Source: an uncultured Ginsengibacter sp.
GTDB taxonomy: Bacteria > Bacteroidota > Bacteroidia > Chitinophagales > Chitinophagaceae
Length of the DNA stretch: 64,000 nt
Direction of reading: 5' to 3'
NCBI GenBank assembly: GCA_964463015.1
Contig: CAYXAL010000001.1
Span: 100,091-164,090 of the forward strand
Every line of letters begins with the position of its first letter. Within the stretch, counting starts at the first letter, position 1. Shown here one piece after another: positions 18,586 to 27,567 of this stretch. The position numbers were made by a program, and so were the translations under genes. Below the pieces are notes generated by a model. That model made no database searches and had not been told where the DNA came from. It saw only the letters and a list, made by a program, of their open reading frames with translations.

Positions 18586-19704
18586 ATGCGTACCGTAAGA
18601 AACATTTTCAGATGGGGGATGAGTGCGGCTACCGCATTGATAATGGTCATCTATTTGCTCATTTGTCTGATACCGTATGTGAACACCGGAAAATATTGGG
18701 TGATTTCCATCTTAGGATTAGGATTTATTCTGATTTTTTTTGCACTCATCATACTGTTGATTTATTGGTTGATATTGCGATCCTGGTTGTCTGTCGTTTG
18801 CCTGATTGTATTGCTTGCCGGATATCAGCAGATTTCTGTTGCCTTTGCATTTCATTTCCCTTCATCATTCAGCATGGAGAAACCTTCCGGTGAATTGCGT
18901 GTGATGCAATGGAATGTACATAACTGGAATCAGATTTTTTTTGAAAATGAAAACCCGGTATCAAAAAAAACACAGCCGAAAATGATGGCACTGATCAAAG
19001 AATACAATCCGGACATTTTATGTACGGAGGAGTTTTTTGAAAGTACAGATCCAAAAAGGTTTAAGTCGAATATTCTTATTCTTAAAGAGATGGGCTATCC
19101 ATATCATTTCTTTATCAACAATGATATTAAAGATGGATTTTATTATGCTGGTATAGCTATTTTCTCGAAATACCCGATTCAATCGTCCGGAAAAATAACG
19201 GTTGCCTCTAAGCTGACGGCAGACCCCCTTGCATTTGCCGATGTAAGTACCCGGGGTAAAACGATTCGGGTAATGGCCGTTCATCTTCAGTCTGTTCGTT
19301 TTGAAAAAAATGATTATTCCAATATTCAGAATATGAAAAATCCAAAAGATCCAAGCCTGAATGGAAGCAAGACGATAGTTTCAAAATTAAAACTGGGATT
19401 TCAGAAGCGGTATGAACAGTCGGTGATCGTAAACCAGGAAATACTTCAAAGCCCATATCCGGTGATACTTTGCGGAGATTTTAATGATGTTCCCAGCTCT
19501 GGAGTGTATTTTAATATCCGCAAAAATCTGCAGGATGCATTTCTTAAAAAAGGTTCATTTGTCGGGCGGTCATACCGGTTCATCTCACCTACTCTGCGAA
19601 TTGACTATATCTTACCTTCCCGGAGTATGGATGTGCGGCAATTTAAAATAATTCATGTGAATTATTCTGATCACTATCCATTGGTAGCCGATTTGAAATT
19701 GTAG
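18586..19704 (+). CDS. Membrane-anchored endonuclease/exonuclease/phosphatase (EEP) family protein
   Basis: 3-4 N-terminal TM helices followed by an EEP domain (RVMQWNVHNW ... GIAIFSKYPI ... CGDFNDVPSSGVY ... LRIDYILPS ... HYPLVADL). Confidence 0.6.
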   Translation: MRTVRNIFRWGMSAATALIMVIYLLICLIPYVNTGKYWVISILGLGFILIFFALIILLIYWLILRSWLSVVCLIVLLAGYQQISVAFAFHFPSSFSMEKPSGELRVMQWNVHNWNQIFFENENPVSKKTQPKMMALIKEYNPDILCTEEFFESTDPKRFKSNILILKEMGYPYHFFINNDIKDGFYYAGIAIFSKYPIQSSGKITVASKLTADPLAFADVSTRGKTIRVMAVHLQSVRFEKNDYSNIQNMKNPKDPSLNGSKTIVSKLKLGFQKRYEQSVIVNQEILQSPYPVILCGDFNDVPSSGVYFNIRKNLQDAFLKKGSFVGRSYRFISPTLRIDYILPSRSMDVRQFKIIHVNYSDHYPLVADLKL

Positions 19705-19765
19705 TGTTTGCATCTGACACAACTTATTGGCTATATTGCACGTTTAGGTCAAAAATCAGACAGGT

Positions 19766-20866
19766 ATGAAAAAAAATAACTGGCGCATACTTGCAGTTTT
19801 GTTTAATTGTATTTTGATATTGATTTTTCTGGCGATATGCCTTGTCCCCTTTTTTAGCTCCGGTATCAGTTGGCTCCTGTCAACCTTCGGTTTAATCTTT
19901 CCGTTTTTACTCGGACTGATTTTTATCATGTTAATTCTATGGGTTTTCAGAGCGAAAAGAAAGATCGCGATAGTGATGATCGTTTTGAATCTGATTGTGC
20001 TGGCATTAGGGTACACGCAGATCAGGGCTTCTGTGGGGTTACATTTTTTTGCAGAAAAGGATGTGAATGGCCGGCTGGGGGATATACGGGTGATGAGTTG
20101 GAATGTGAGTAGCTGGGATATTAATAATTGGGATATTAAAAATCATCAGACCTATCAACCCATGATGTTCGATTTGATCCAACAACTCAATCCGGATGTA
20201 TTGTTGCTTCAGGAATTTTTTAATTGCAGTGAACCGAAGATTGTTGTTTCCTACCTTAAATTGCTGAGTGAAAGAGGCTATCCTTATTATTACTTTTCTC
20301 CACAGTCGGTAACAATCAATGGAGCCTTTCAATCGGGGCTGGCAATTTTTTCCAGATACCCGATTTCGGATACGGCATTCTTCTATCCTGAAAGCGCAGG
20401 CCATTCCGAAGGGTTTCAATATGCAGATATAACCATCCGGGATAAAAAATACAGATTCTTCAATGCGCACCTGGAATCGGCAGGGCTTAACAGGGATGAC
20501 GTGCAGGCGATTGGAAAAGTAAAGGGATCAAGAACTATTTTCTATAAGTTAAAGAACAGCCATCAGGTGCGCGAACGGCAATCGCATGTACTGAAACAGA
20601 AAATGAATGTAAGCCCGCATCCTGTAATATTTGGAGGAGATGTGGATGATGTGCCGAATACTTCTGTTTACTTTTTCCTGAGAAATGGTCTTCAGGATGC
20701 ATTCATAGAAAAAGGCTCGGGACTTGGCCGAACCTTCCGGTTAATTGCTCCCAATCTCAGAATTGATTATCTGTTTTTTTCAAAACAATTTACAATCAAT
20801 CAATTTTTCACATTGAAGAATGACTACAGTGTACATTATCCCATCGTGGCAGATTTTTCTGAGTGA
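19766..20866 (+). CDS. Membrane-anchored EEP family protein, paralog of the upstream gene
   Basis: Same architecture and motifs as the upstream gene (RVMSWNVSSW, GLAIFSRYPI, LRIDYLFFS, HYPIVADF). Roughly 30-35% identity to its neighbour by eye. Confidence 0.6.
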   Translation: MKKNNWRILAVLFNCILILIFLAICLVPFFSSGISWLLSTFGLIFPFLLGLIFIMLILWVFRAKRKIAIVMIVLNLIVLALGYTQIRASVGLHFFAEKDVNGRLGDIRVMSWNVSSWDINNWDIKNHQTYQPMMFDLIQQLNPDVLLLQEFFNCSEPKIVVSYLKLLSERGYPYYYFSPQSVTINGAFQSGLAIFSRYPISDTAFFYPESAGHSEGFQYADITIRDKKYRFFNAHLESAGLNRDDVQAIGKVKGSRTIFYKLKNSHQVRERQSHVLKQKMNVSPHPVIFGGDVDDVPNTSVYFFLRNGLQDAFIEKGSGLGRTFRLIAPNLRIDYLFFSKQFTINQFFTLKNDYSVHYPIVADFSE

Positions 20867-21156
20867 GCGGATTTTTCTTTTTTGCGAAGCAGGGTTGTTT
20901 GAATAGTTTCTACTGCTTTCAGAATCGCTTCCTGAAAAGTTTCTGCCGAACGTTTTACAATCAGGTCATTTCCGGGTACTATCAGCCTGATATCGCAGGC
21001 TTTATTGTCTATATGTTTGCCATCCTGAATCCAAAGTGTCACCTCAGCACTGATGATTTTATCGTCAAATCGCTCTACTTTAGATACTTTCTCTGTGACA
21101 AATTCTTTAAGGTGTTTCTTTGCTCTGAACTTCAGGCATTTCAGATTTATTTTCAT
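20836..21156 (-). CDS. hpf: Ribosome hibernation promoting factor / RaiA (short YfiA-type)
   Basis: MKINLKCLKFRAKKHLKEFVTEKVSKVERFDDKIISAEVTLW ... IRLIVPGNDLIVKRSAETFQEAILKAVETIQTTLLRKKEK matches the sigma-54 modulation/HPF fold. Start moved to the internal MKINLK (21156). The longer ORF to 21225 overlaps nothing but adds a non-conserved extension. Confidence 0.7.
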   Translation of the reverse strand: MKINLKCLKFRAKKHLKEFVTEKVSKVERFDDKIISAEVTLWIQDGKHIDNKACDIRLIVPGNDLIVKRSAETFQEAILKAVETIQTTLLRKKEKSAHSEKSATMG

Positions 21157-21339
21157 TTCCGGTAAAATTTGGTTCGTTTTAAAGTTACAATGTTTACTGC
21201 GATTTGAACGGATGATTCCTGTCATAAACCGGGATGATTTCGGGGAAAATCAATTGAAAATTAACAGACCACATGCTGCGGTAGCTTCCGGATACAATGG
21301 AAAAACAATACATTTACAACACTAAAATCCTTCGTACCC

Positions 21340-21999
21340 ATGAAAAAGGTATTATTGAGTGTGGCCGTCATTTTTTTTCTGTGCGGCAAATCTTATGCAC
21401 AATACAAAAGCTTTAAGATTTCTGTAAAGGGTGATACCATCAACCGGGTCGATCTGAAAGGGTTGAAACAAGGCCCCTGGGTGGTACATGTAGATCCTCT
21501 GCGAGGAGAACCCGGATATGAAGAAGAAGGGTATTTTGAAAATAATAAAAAGGAAGGTGAGTGGAGGAAATATACGTTGCAGGGTGATTTTATTGCATTG
21601 GAAAATTATAGGTGGGGAGATAAGGATGGGAAGTCGCAGTACTTCACTTCATCCGGAAGTCTGATTCGCGAAGAAAACTGGCGTGCGTACAATCCCAACG
21701 CACCTTATGATACCATTGCAGTTTATGGCCCGGACAATGGTCAGATCATCGGATATAAAATCGTCAAGGCAGAACCTTATAGTGTGAAAGATGGGGAATG
21801 GATTTATTACGATGCACAAACCGGAAGAGTAGCAAAAATAGAAAAATTTGACCGCGGCCATCTGATACCTCAGGCTAACAAGGAAATTGTCAGTGATGAA
21901 CCAATGAAAAAAATTAAGCCGAAAGAAGTGATTGAGTTTGAAAAGAAAAACAGTCGAAAAAAGAAAGTGAAGGTAATAGATGGCAGGACGAGTAACTAA
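21340..21999 (+). CDS. Secreted MORN-variant repeat (YwqK-like) protein
   Basis: Signal peptide plus repeated G-E-W-x-x-Y units (KQGPWVVH, KEGEWRKYT, KDGEWIYYD) typical of the MORN_2/YwqK repeat family. Confidence 0.4.
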   Translation: MKKVLLSVAVIFFLCGKSYAQYKSFKISVKGDTINRVDLKGLKQGPWVVHVDPLRGEPGYEEEGYFENNKKEGEWRKYTLQGDFIALENYRWGDKDGKSQYFTSSGSLIREENWRAYNPNAPYDTIAVYGPDNGQIIGYKIVKAEPYSVKDGEWIYYDAQTGRVAKIEKFDRGHLIPQANKEIVSDEPMKKIKPKEVIEFEKKNSRKKKVKVIDGRTSN

Positions 22000-22069
22000 T
22001 GGCAAAAAAAAATGCGATTCTTAATTTAAATGAGCCGCATTTTTTTTATTCAATTCCTTTATTGTATAG

Positions 22070-23587
22070 TTATTTTTTGTTGCCTTCCTGTAGGTCATCC
22101 TTTTTGGTCTCTTCTCCTTTCAGGTAAGAAGGCAAATTCAAACCTGCCATATTGAACAAATCATTCAATGGTGGTACAGACTTCATTAACCCCGAAACAA
22201 AATTGGCTGTAGTACCATTTCCGTTCTCATGATTGCCACTGTCCCAAACGGTGACTTTATCGATTTTGATATTTTTAATTGCTTCTACTTGTGTTTTTAC
22301 CAGATCAGGTAATTTTTCAAGTAACAACAATTGGAAGGCATTGGTAGAATCACCGCCGGCAGCCTTCACCACCTTATCGTAACCTTCAGCCTGCTTGGTG
22401 AGTATTTCAAGCAAACCTTTTGCTTCTGCTTCCATTTTAGCAAAGATGGCATCTGCTTCCCCTTTTGCTCTCAATCTTATTTTTTCTGCTTCGGCTTCGG
22501 CATCAATAATAGCTTTTTGTTTTGCAATTTCCGTGGGAACGAGGACGTTTGCGTTTTGTGTAGAACGGTCTCTTTCCGCCCTCGCCATTTCTGCTTTTTG
22601 CTCTGCCTGATATGATTCTTCCAGGGCCTTGGCTGTTTGTACTTTTTCAGCGGTTATAGCGATTTTCAACGCTTCCGCTTCTTTCTCCCGGCGAAATGCA
22701 TCGGAATTGGCAATCGTAATTTTAGCTTCATTTTCTCCTTTTACCGCAAGTGAATTGGCTTCTGATGTTGCAATTCTTGCGTCTCTGCTTGCTTCGGCTT
22801 TACCAATTTCTTCGTCTTTACCGGCCTGGGCAATGCTTACTTCTTTGTCTTTTTGAATTATGGCAATTTTTACATCACGATCTCGATAGGTGTCAGCGAT
22901 TTGGGTATCTTTTTCTCTGTCTGCGCTGGCTTTCCCGGTTTCACCAATTTTTTCCTGTTCTGCCACACTGATTTTTGCTTCATTCACTGCTTTTGCAGCA
23001 GCCTCTTTTCCTAAAGCATCGATGTAGCCACTTTCATCATTGATATCTGTAACGTTAACGTTGATCAGTTTTAGACCGATCTTCTTTAATTCAGAATCAA
23101 CATTTTTTGAAATGTTGTCCAGAAATTTGTCTCTGTCGGAATTGATTTCTTCAATCGTCATCGTTGCAATCACAAGACGCAACTGTCCAAAAAGAATATC
23201 TTTTGAAAGTTCCTGAATTTCTGCCGGAGATAATCCCAGCAATCTTTCGGCAGCATTGCCCATTGTATCGGGTTCTGTACTGATGGCAATGGTAAACCGG
23301 CAGGGTACGTCCACCCGGATATTCTGCCTGGACAGAGCCTGGGTGAGATTGGCTTCAATAGAAATTGGTTTCAGATCCAGATAGGCAAAGTCTTGAATCA
23401 CCGGCCAGATAAATGCACCACCTCCATGAATACATTTGGCAGATGATCCTCCGGTCTTACCGTAGATCACCAATATTTTGTCTGAGGGGCAACGTTTGTA
23501 ACGTGATATCAGGGCCATGATGGTAACAAACAATACCACCACCAAAACGAGTACTAAGAAAAAGGGTGTTTGAAATAAATTTTGCAT
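22070..23587 (-). CDS. Flotillin-like SPFH/band-7 family protein (YqiK-like)
   Basis: 505 aa. N-terminal TM helix and SPFH domain, then a long Ala/Glu/Lys-rich coiled coil (AEAEKIRLRAKGEADAIFAKMEAEAKG). Confidence 0.75.
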   Translation of the reverse strand: MQNLFQTPFFLVLVLVVVLFVTIMALISRYKRCPSDKILVIYGKTGGSSAKCIHGGGAFIWPVIQDFAYLDLKPISIEANLTQALSRQNIRVDVPCRFTIAISTEPDTMGNAAERLLGLSPAEIQELSKDILFGQLRLVIATMTIEEINSDRDKFLDNISKNVDSELKKIGLKLINVNVTDINDESGYIDALGKEAAAKAVNEAKISVAEQEKIGETGKASADREKDTQIADTYRDRDVKIAIIQKDKEVSIAQAGKDEEIGKAEASRDARIATSEANSLAVKGENEAKITIANSDAFRREKEAEALKIAITAEKVQTAKALEESYQAEQKAEMARAERDRSTQNANVLVPTEIAKQKAIIDAEAEAEKIRLRAKGEADAIFAKMEAEAKGLLEILTKQAEGYDKVVKAAGGDSTNAFQLLLLEKLPDLVKTQVEAIKNIKIDKVTVWDSGNHENGNGTTANFVSGLMKSVPPLNDLFNMAGLNLPSYLKGEETKKDDLQEGNKK

Positions 23588-23590
23588 GAG

Positions 23591-24166
23591 TTATTCTGTG
23601 ATTTGTTTTACGATTAAAATGTTATTGTCTATCCGGACTACCTTTATTGAAACGCCTGTAGGGATCGCTTCTCCCTGGGTCATGGCAGGCAATTCATGCG
23701 TGGCACCTTTCACACTAATTTGAACCTTTCCTTTGCCGGTCATGTTTTCGGGAATAAATAAATAAACATCTCCATGCAGGCCTATCAGTTTATTGATATC
23801 AAATGTATTGTCTTCAGACAATCTTAATATTTGCCGAATGATAAAAAAGAATGCAAGAATGAATACGATACCGATACATGTAGCGACAAGTATGAGAAAA
23901 AAATTGTTTGGAATACTTCTGTAAAAGGCGACGCCCGACCATCCGAATCCAAGCAGGAAATTAATCAGATTGCGAAGAGTGAACATCTGAAACGGGGCAT
24001 CTACGCTGTCCAGATTGCCACTGAAGTCTGCGTTAATACCGTCAGCATTATGATCGGCACCTGCAAAGGTGAGGATCGTCTGAATGACAAAAATGATACT
24101 GGCAATAATGGCTACCCACCAGAAAGCCTGGTAAATGCCCGGCATTCCTTCAAAGAGTTGGTTCAT
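23591..24166 (-). CDS. NfeD-like (YqiJ-like) membrane protein, partner of the downstream flotillin
   Basis: 191 aa. Multiple TM helices and a C-terminal OB-like segment (KVQISVKGATHELPAMT ... VKVVRIDNNILIV). Sits 3 bp upstream of the flotillin gene, the classic yqiJ-yqiK arrangement. Confidence 0.55.
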   Translation of the reverse strand: MNQLFEGMPGIYQAFWWVAIIASIIFVIQTILTFAGADHNADGINADFSGNLDSVDAPFQMFTLRNLINFLLGFGWSGVAFYRSIPNNFFLILVATCIGIVFILAFFFIIRQILRLSEDNTFDINKLIGLHGDVYLFIPENMTGKGKVQISVKGATHELPAMTQGEAIPTGVSIKVVRIDNNILIVKQITE

Positions 24167-24374
24167 GATTTAGTCAGATTTACAGGTGTACTTATTTAAG
24201 CAGGTATTTTTTGTATGACAACTTGATTTTGGTAATTCTACCTTCCAAAGATAACAATGCTAAATTAATTCTCCGGCGACAAATCACCGGTAAGGTTGGG
24301 ACAGAACAGGCATGCAATAGTTGAATTCTTAACGGCGGGAAAAATTTCTTTACGTTGGTTGTTTCGAAAAAGCA

Positions 24375-24416
24375 AGGCCGCCCTGGCGTTGGCGGCCTAA
24401 TGTTTTTCGGTTTTTC
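24375..24416 (+). terminator. Orphan intrinsic-terminator-like hairpin in the divergent NfeD/polA intergenic region
   Basis: Perfect 8-bp GC-rich stem AGGCCGCC(ctggcgtt)GGCGGCCT followed by aaTGTTTTTCGGTTTTT. No annotated + strand gene lies upstream of it. Confidence 0.35.
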
Positions 24417-24753
24417 AATAACACGTTACCCGGTTTTCCTTCGGGAGATTTTAGGATTTGTTGGTTTTACTGAACAGGATTTTAGAACAGGATTGTGAAT
24501 TAATGCATCCATAATCACCTCTTATTAGGCGAAAATGATGCCAAATTTATATTTTGATTTAAAAAACGCATCAACAATGTGTTATATATAGATATAAATA
24601 TTATATGTACGAGTTTTGTGTTAGGTTAACACAAAAACCCTGCTTGATCCTATTCGGAGATTCCTTACGGAAATCTGATTTTCTCTTTAGAGCAATGATT
24701 TACAAAACATCTTATAAAAAGTCGGGCGGCAAGATTGACCTTATATTTGTGCA

Positions 24754-27564
24754 ATGGAAAAAAAGTTGTTTTTGCTGGATGCGATGGCGCTCATTTACAG
24801 GGCTTATTATTCAATGATTCGTAATCCGATCATCACTACAAAAGGCAAGACAACCAATGCACAATATGGATTTACCAATACACTTCTGGATCTGATCAAT
24901 AAAGAAAATCCTACCCATCTTGCGGTAGCTTTTGATACATCCGCACCAACAGAAAGGCATATAGAATTTGAAGGGTATAAGGCGCAAAGGCAAGAGGTTC
25001 CTGAAGATATTTTGAGCGCTATTCCGGATATTAAGGAAATCATCAAAGGGTTTAATTTGCCAGTCATTGAAATGGACGGTTTCGAAGCAGACGACATCAT
25101 TGGATCTTTAGCTCAAAAGGCAGAAAAGCAGGGATACAAAGTATTTATGGTGACACCGGATAAAGATTTTGGTCAGTTGGTTACCGATCATATTCTGATC
25201 TACAAACCCGGCTATCAGGGTGGCAGCGTAGAAATTATGGGTAAGAAGGAAGTTTGTGATAAATGGAATATTAAAAATGTAAATCAGGTCATTGACATCC
25301 TCGGATTGATGGGTGATGCCAGCGACAACATTCCCGGAATACCGGGGGTAGGTGAGAAGACGGCTGCCAAATTGCTTGCGGAATATGAAACGCTCGAAAA
25401 TGTACTTGCCAATGCCGATCACATCAAAGGTGCTTTGGGCAACAAAGTCAGGGAGGGAAAAGACCTTGCAATCATGAGCAAAAAGTTAGCTACCATCATT
25501 ACCAATGTCCCCTGCGAATTTCATGAAGAGGAGTTCAAGGTAAAACCCGTCAATAAAGAAAAATTAAAGGAAATCTTTACAGAGTTGGAATTTAAAACGC
25601 TGGGAAAACGAGTGTTGGGTGAAGGTTACAGCGTTTTTGAAGCAGCGCCTTCCCTGGTACAAGCCTCTCTCTTTGGAAATGAAAAGACGAAGGAACAGGC
25701 AGCTCCGGCTGACGAAGAGAGGCTGGAAGAAGGATTGATCGCTGAAAATAATATTTCAAACACTCCTCACAATTATTCTCTGGTACAGGACGATAAAGCG
25801 GTTGAGCAATTGGTATCTGCTTTATCCGTTCACAAAGAAATATCCTTTGATACCGAAACCACCGGTATTGACGGGAATGAAGCTGACCTCGTTGGCATGA
25901 GCTTTAGTCTCAAGCCTCATGAGGGATATTATGTACCACTACCTGCTGACCGCAAAGAGACGCTGAAGATTCTTGAAAAATTCAGGCCTGTCTTTGAGGA
26001 TGATTCCAAAAAATGGGTAGGACAAAATCTCAAATACGATCTTTTGGTGATGAAGTGGTATGATGTAGATCTGAAAGGCGAATTGTTTGATACCATGCTG
26101 GCTCATTATGTAATAGAGAGTGAGGGCAGGCGCAATATGGATTTGCTGAGCGCTCAGTATCTTGGTTATGTGCCGGTTTCAATTACTGAGTTGATTGGTA
26201 AGAAAGGGAAAGATCAGGGCACCATGCGTGATGTGGAAGTAGAAAAAGTAAAGGAGTATGCGGCAGAAGATGCAGACATTACACTGCAGCTGAAAAATGT
26301 TTTTGCCCCGATTCTGAAAGAAAAAGAAGTTGAAAAAGTATTTTTTGAAGTCGAGATGCCACTGGTGAAAGTATTGCGTGATATGGAGTTTGAAGGAGTA
26401 AATATCGATGTGGGTTTTCTGAAAACCTACTCAAAACAATTGGAAGCTGAAGCGCTGGTTGCAGAAGAGAATGTCTATAAACAAACCGGAGTACGGTTTA
26501 ATCTTGCCTCACCAAAACAATTGGGGGAAGTGCTTTTTGATAAAATGAAGCTGGTAGAAAATGTAAAGAAAACCAAGGGTGGACAATACGCCACCGGAGA
26601 AGATGTGTTGCTTAAGTTGGCAAAAGATTATCCGGTGATTCAGGAAATTCTGGATTTCAGGGAACTTACAAAACTACGTTCCACGTATGTAGATGCGCTG
26701 CCTCTTCTGATCAACAGCAAAACTTCGCGTGTGCATACCAGTTATGGACAGGCGATTGCCGTGACCGGAAGATTGAGCAGTAACAATCCCAACCTTCAGA
26801 ATATTCCCATTCGTACCGCGAGAGGACGAGAAATCAGAAAAGCATTTATTCCCCGCGATAAAGATCATGTCATTGTTTCGGCAGACTATTCACAAATAGA
26901 ATTGCGCATTGTAGCGGCTATCAGTGGCGACCCTGAAATGATTGCCGCATTTAAGTCGGGAAAAGATATACATACAGCGACAGCGGCCAAGGTGTTTAAC
27001 GTACCGGAAAATGAAGTGACCAAGGAAATGAGGTACCGGGCCAAGAGCGTCAACTTCGGGATTATTTATGGTCAGAGCGCTTTCGGGCTTGCTGAAAATA
27101 TCAATGTAAGCCGTACCGAGGCAAAGGAAATCATTGATGCCTATAAGAAAGAGTTTTCGCACATTCAGCAATACATGAATGATATGATTTCTTTTTGCCA
27201 GAAAAATGGTTATGTACAAACCTTGCTGGGTAGAAAGCGTTGGTTGAAAGACATTAACTCACGCAATTGGACAGTAAGAGGATTTGCAGAAAGAAATGCC
27301 ATCAACTCGCCAATTCAGGGTTCTGCTGCCGATATGATCAAATTGGCCATGATCAAAATTTCGGATGAACTGAAGGCAAGGAAATTAAATAGCAAGATGA
27401 TCCTTCAGGTGCATGACGAATTGGTCTTTGATGCTGTCAGAGAAGAATTGCCTGTACTAAAACCATTGATTCTTGAGGCCATGTCCAATGCAATGCCACT
27501 GCCTAATGACGTACCTGTTGTCGCAGAAATCGGAGTCGGAGATAACTGGTTGGAAGCGCATTAA
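24754..27564 (+). CDS. polA: DNA polymerase I
   Basis: 936 aa. 5'-3' exonuclease N-terminus (KKLFLLDAMALIYRAYY), 3'-5' exonuclease and polymerase domains (motif A DYSQIELRI, motif B RRxAKxxNFGxxYG, motif C VHDE). Confidence 0.95.
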   Translation: MEKKLFLLDAMALIYRAYYSMIRNPIITTKGKTTNAQYGFTNTLLDLINKENPTHLAVAFDTSAPTERHIEFEGYKAQRQEVPEDILSAIPDIKEIIKGFNLPVIEMDGFEADDIIGSLAQKAEKQGYKVFMVTPDKDFGQLVTDHILIYKPGYQGGSVEIMGKKEVCDKWNIKNVNQVIDILGLMGDASDNIPGIPGVGEKTAAKLLAEYETLENVLANADHIKGALGNKVREGKDLAIMSKKLATIITNVPCEFHEEEFKVKPVNKEKLKEIFTELEFKTLGKRVLGEGYSVFEAAPSLVQASLFGNEKTKEQAAPADEERLEEGLIAENNISNTPHNYSLVQDDKAVEQLVSALSVHKEISFDTETTGIDGNEADLVGMSFSLKPHEGYYVPLPADRKETLKILEKFRPVFEDDSKKWVGQNLKYDLLVMKWYDVDLKGELFDTMLAHYVIESEGRRNMDLLSAQYLGYVPVSITELIGKKGKDQGTMRDVEVEKVKEYAAEDADITLQLKNVFAPILKEKEVEKVFFEVEMPLVKVLRDMEFEGVNIDVGFLKTYSKQLEAEALVAEENVYKQTGVRFNLASPKQLGEVLFDKMKLVENVKKTKGGQYATGEDVLLKLAKDYPVIQEILDFRELTKLRSTYVDALPLLINSKTSRVHTSYGQAIAVTGRLSSNNPNLQNIPIRTARGREIRKAFIPRDKDHVIVSADYSQIELRIVAAISGDPEMIAAFKSGKDIHTATAAKVFNVPENEVTKEMRYRAKSVNFGIIYGQSAFGLAENINVSRTEAKEIIDAYKKEFSHIQQYMNDMISFCQKNGYVQTLLGRKRWLKDINSRNWTVRGFAERNAINSPIQGSAADMIKLAMIKISDELKARKLNSKMILQVHDELVFDAVREELPVLKPLILEAMSNAMPLPNDVPVVAEIGVGDNWLEAH

Positions 27565-27567
27565 ATA

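Noticed and set aside
21157-21225. 23-aa N-terminal extension of the hpf ORF
   Set aside because: HPF/RaiA proteins begin at the MKI... beta-strand. The extension has no counterpart in the family.
24742-24749. Bacteroidetes -7 promoter motif TATATTTG just upstream of the polA ATG, considered as a standalone promoter feature
   Set aside because: No convincing -33 TTG at the expected spacing was found, so it is mentioned only inside the finding on the polA upstream region.
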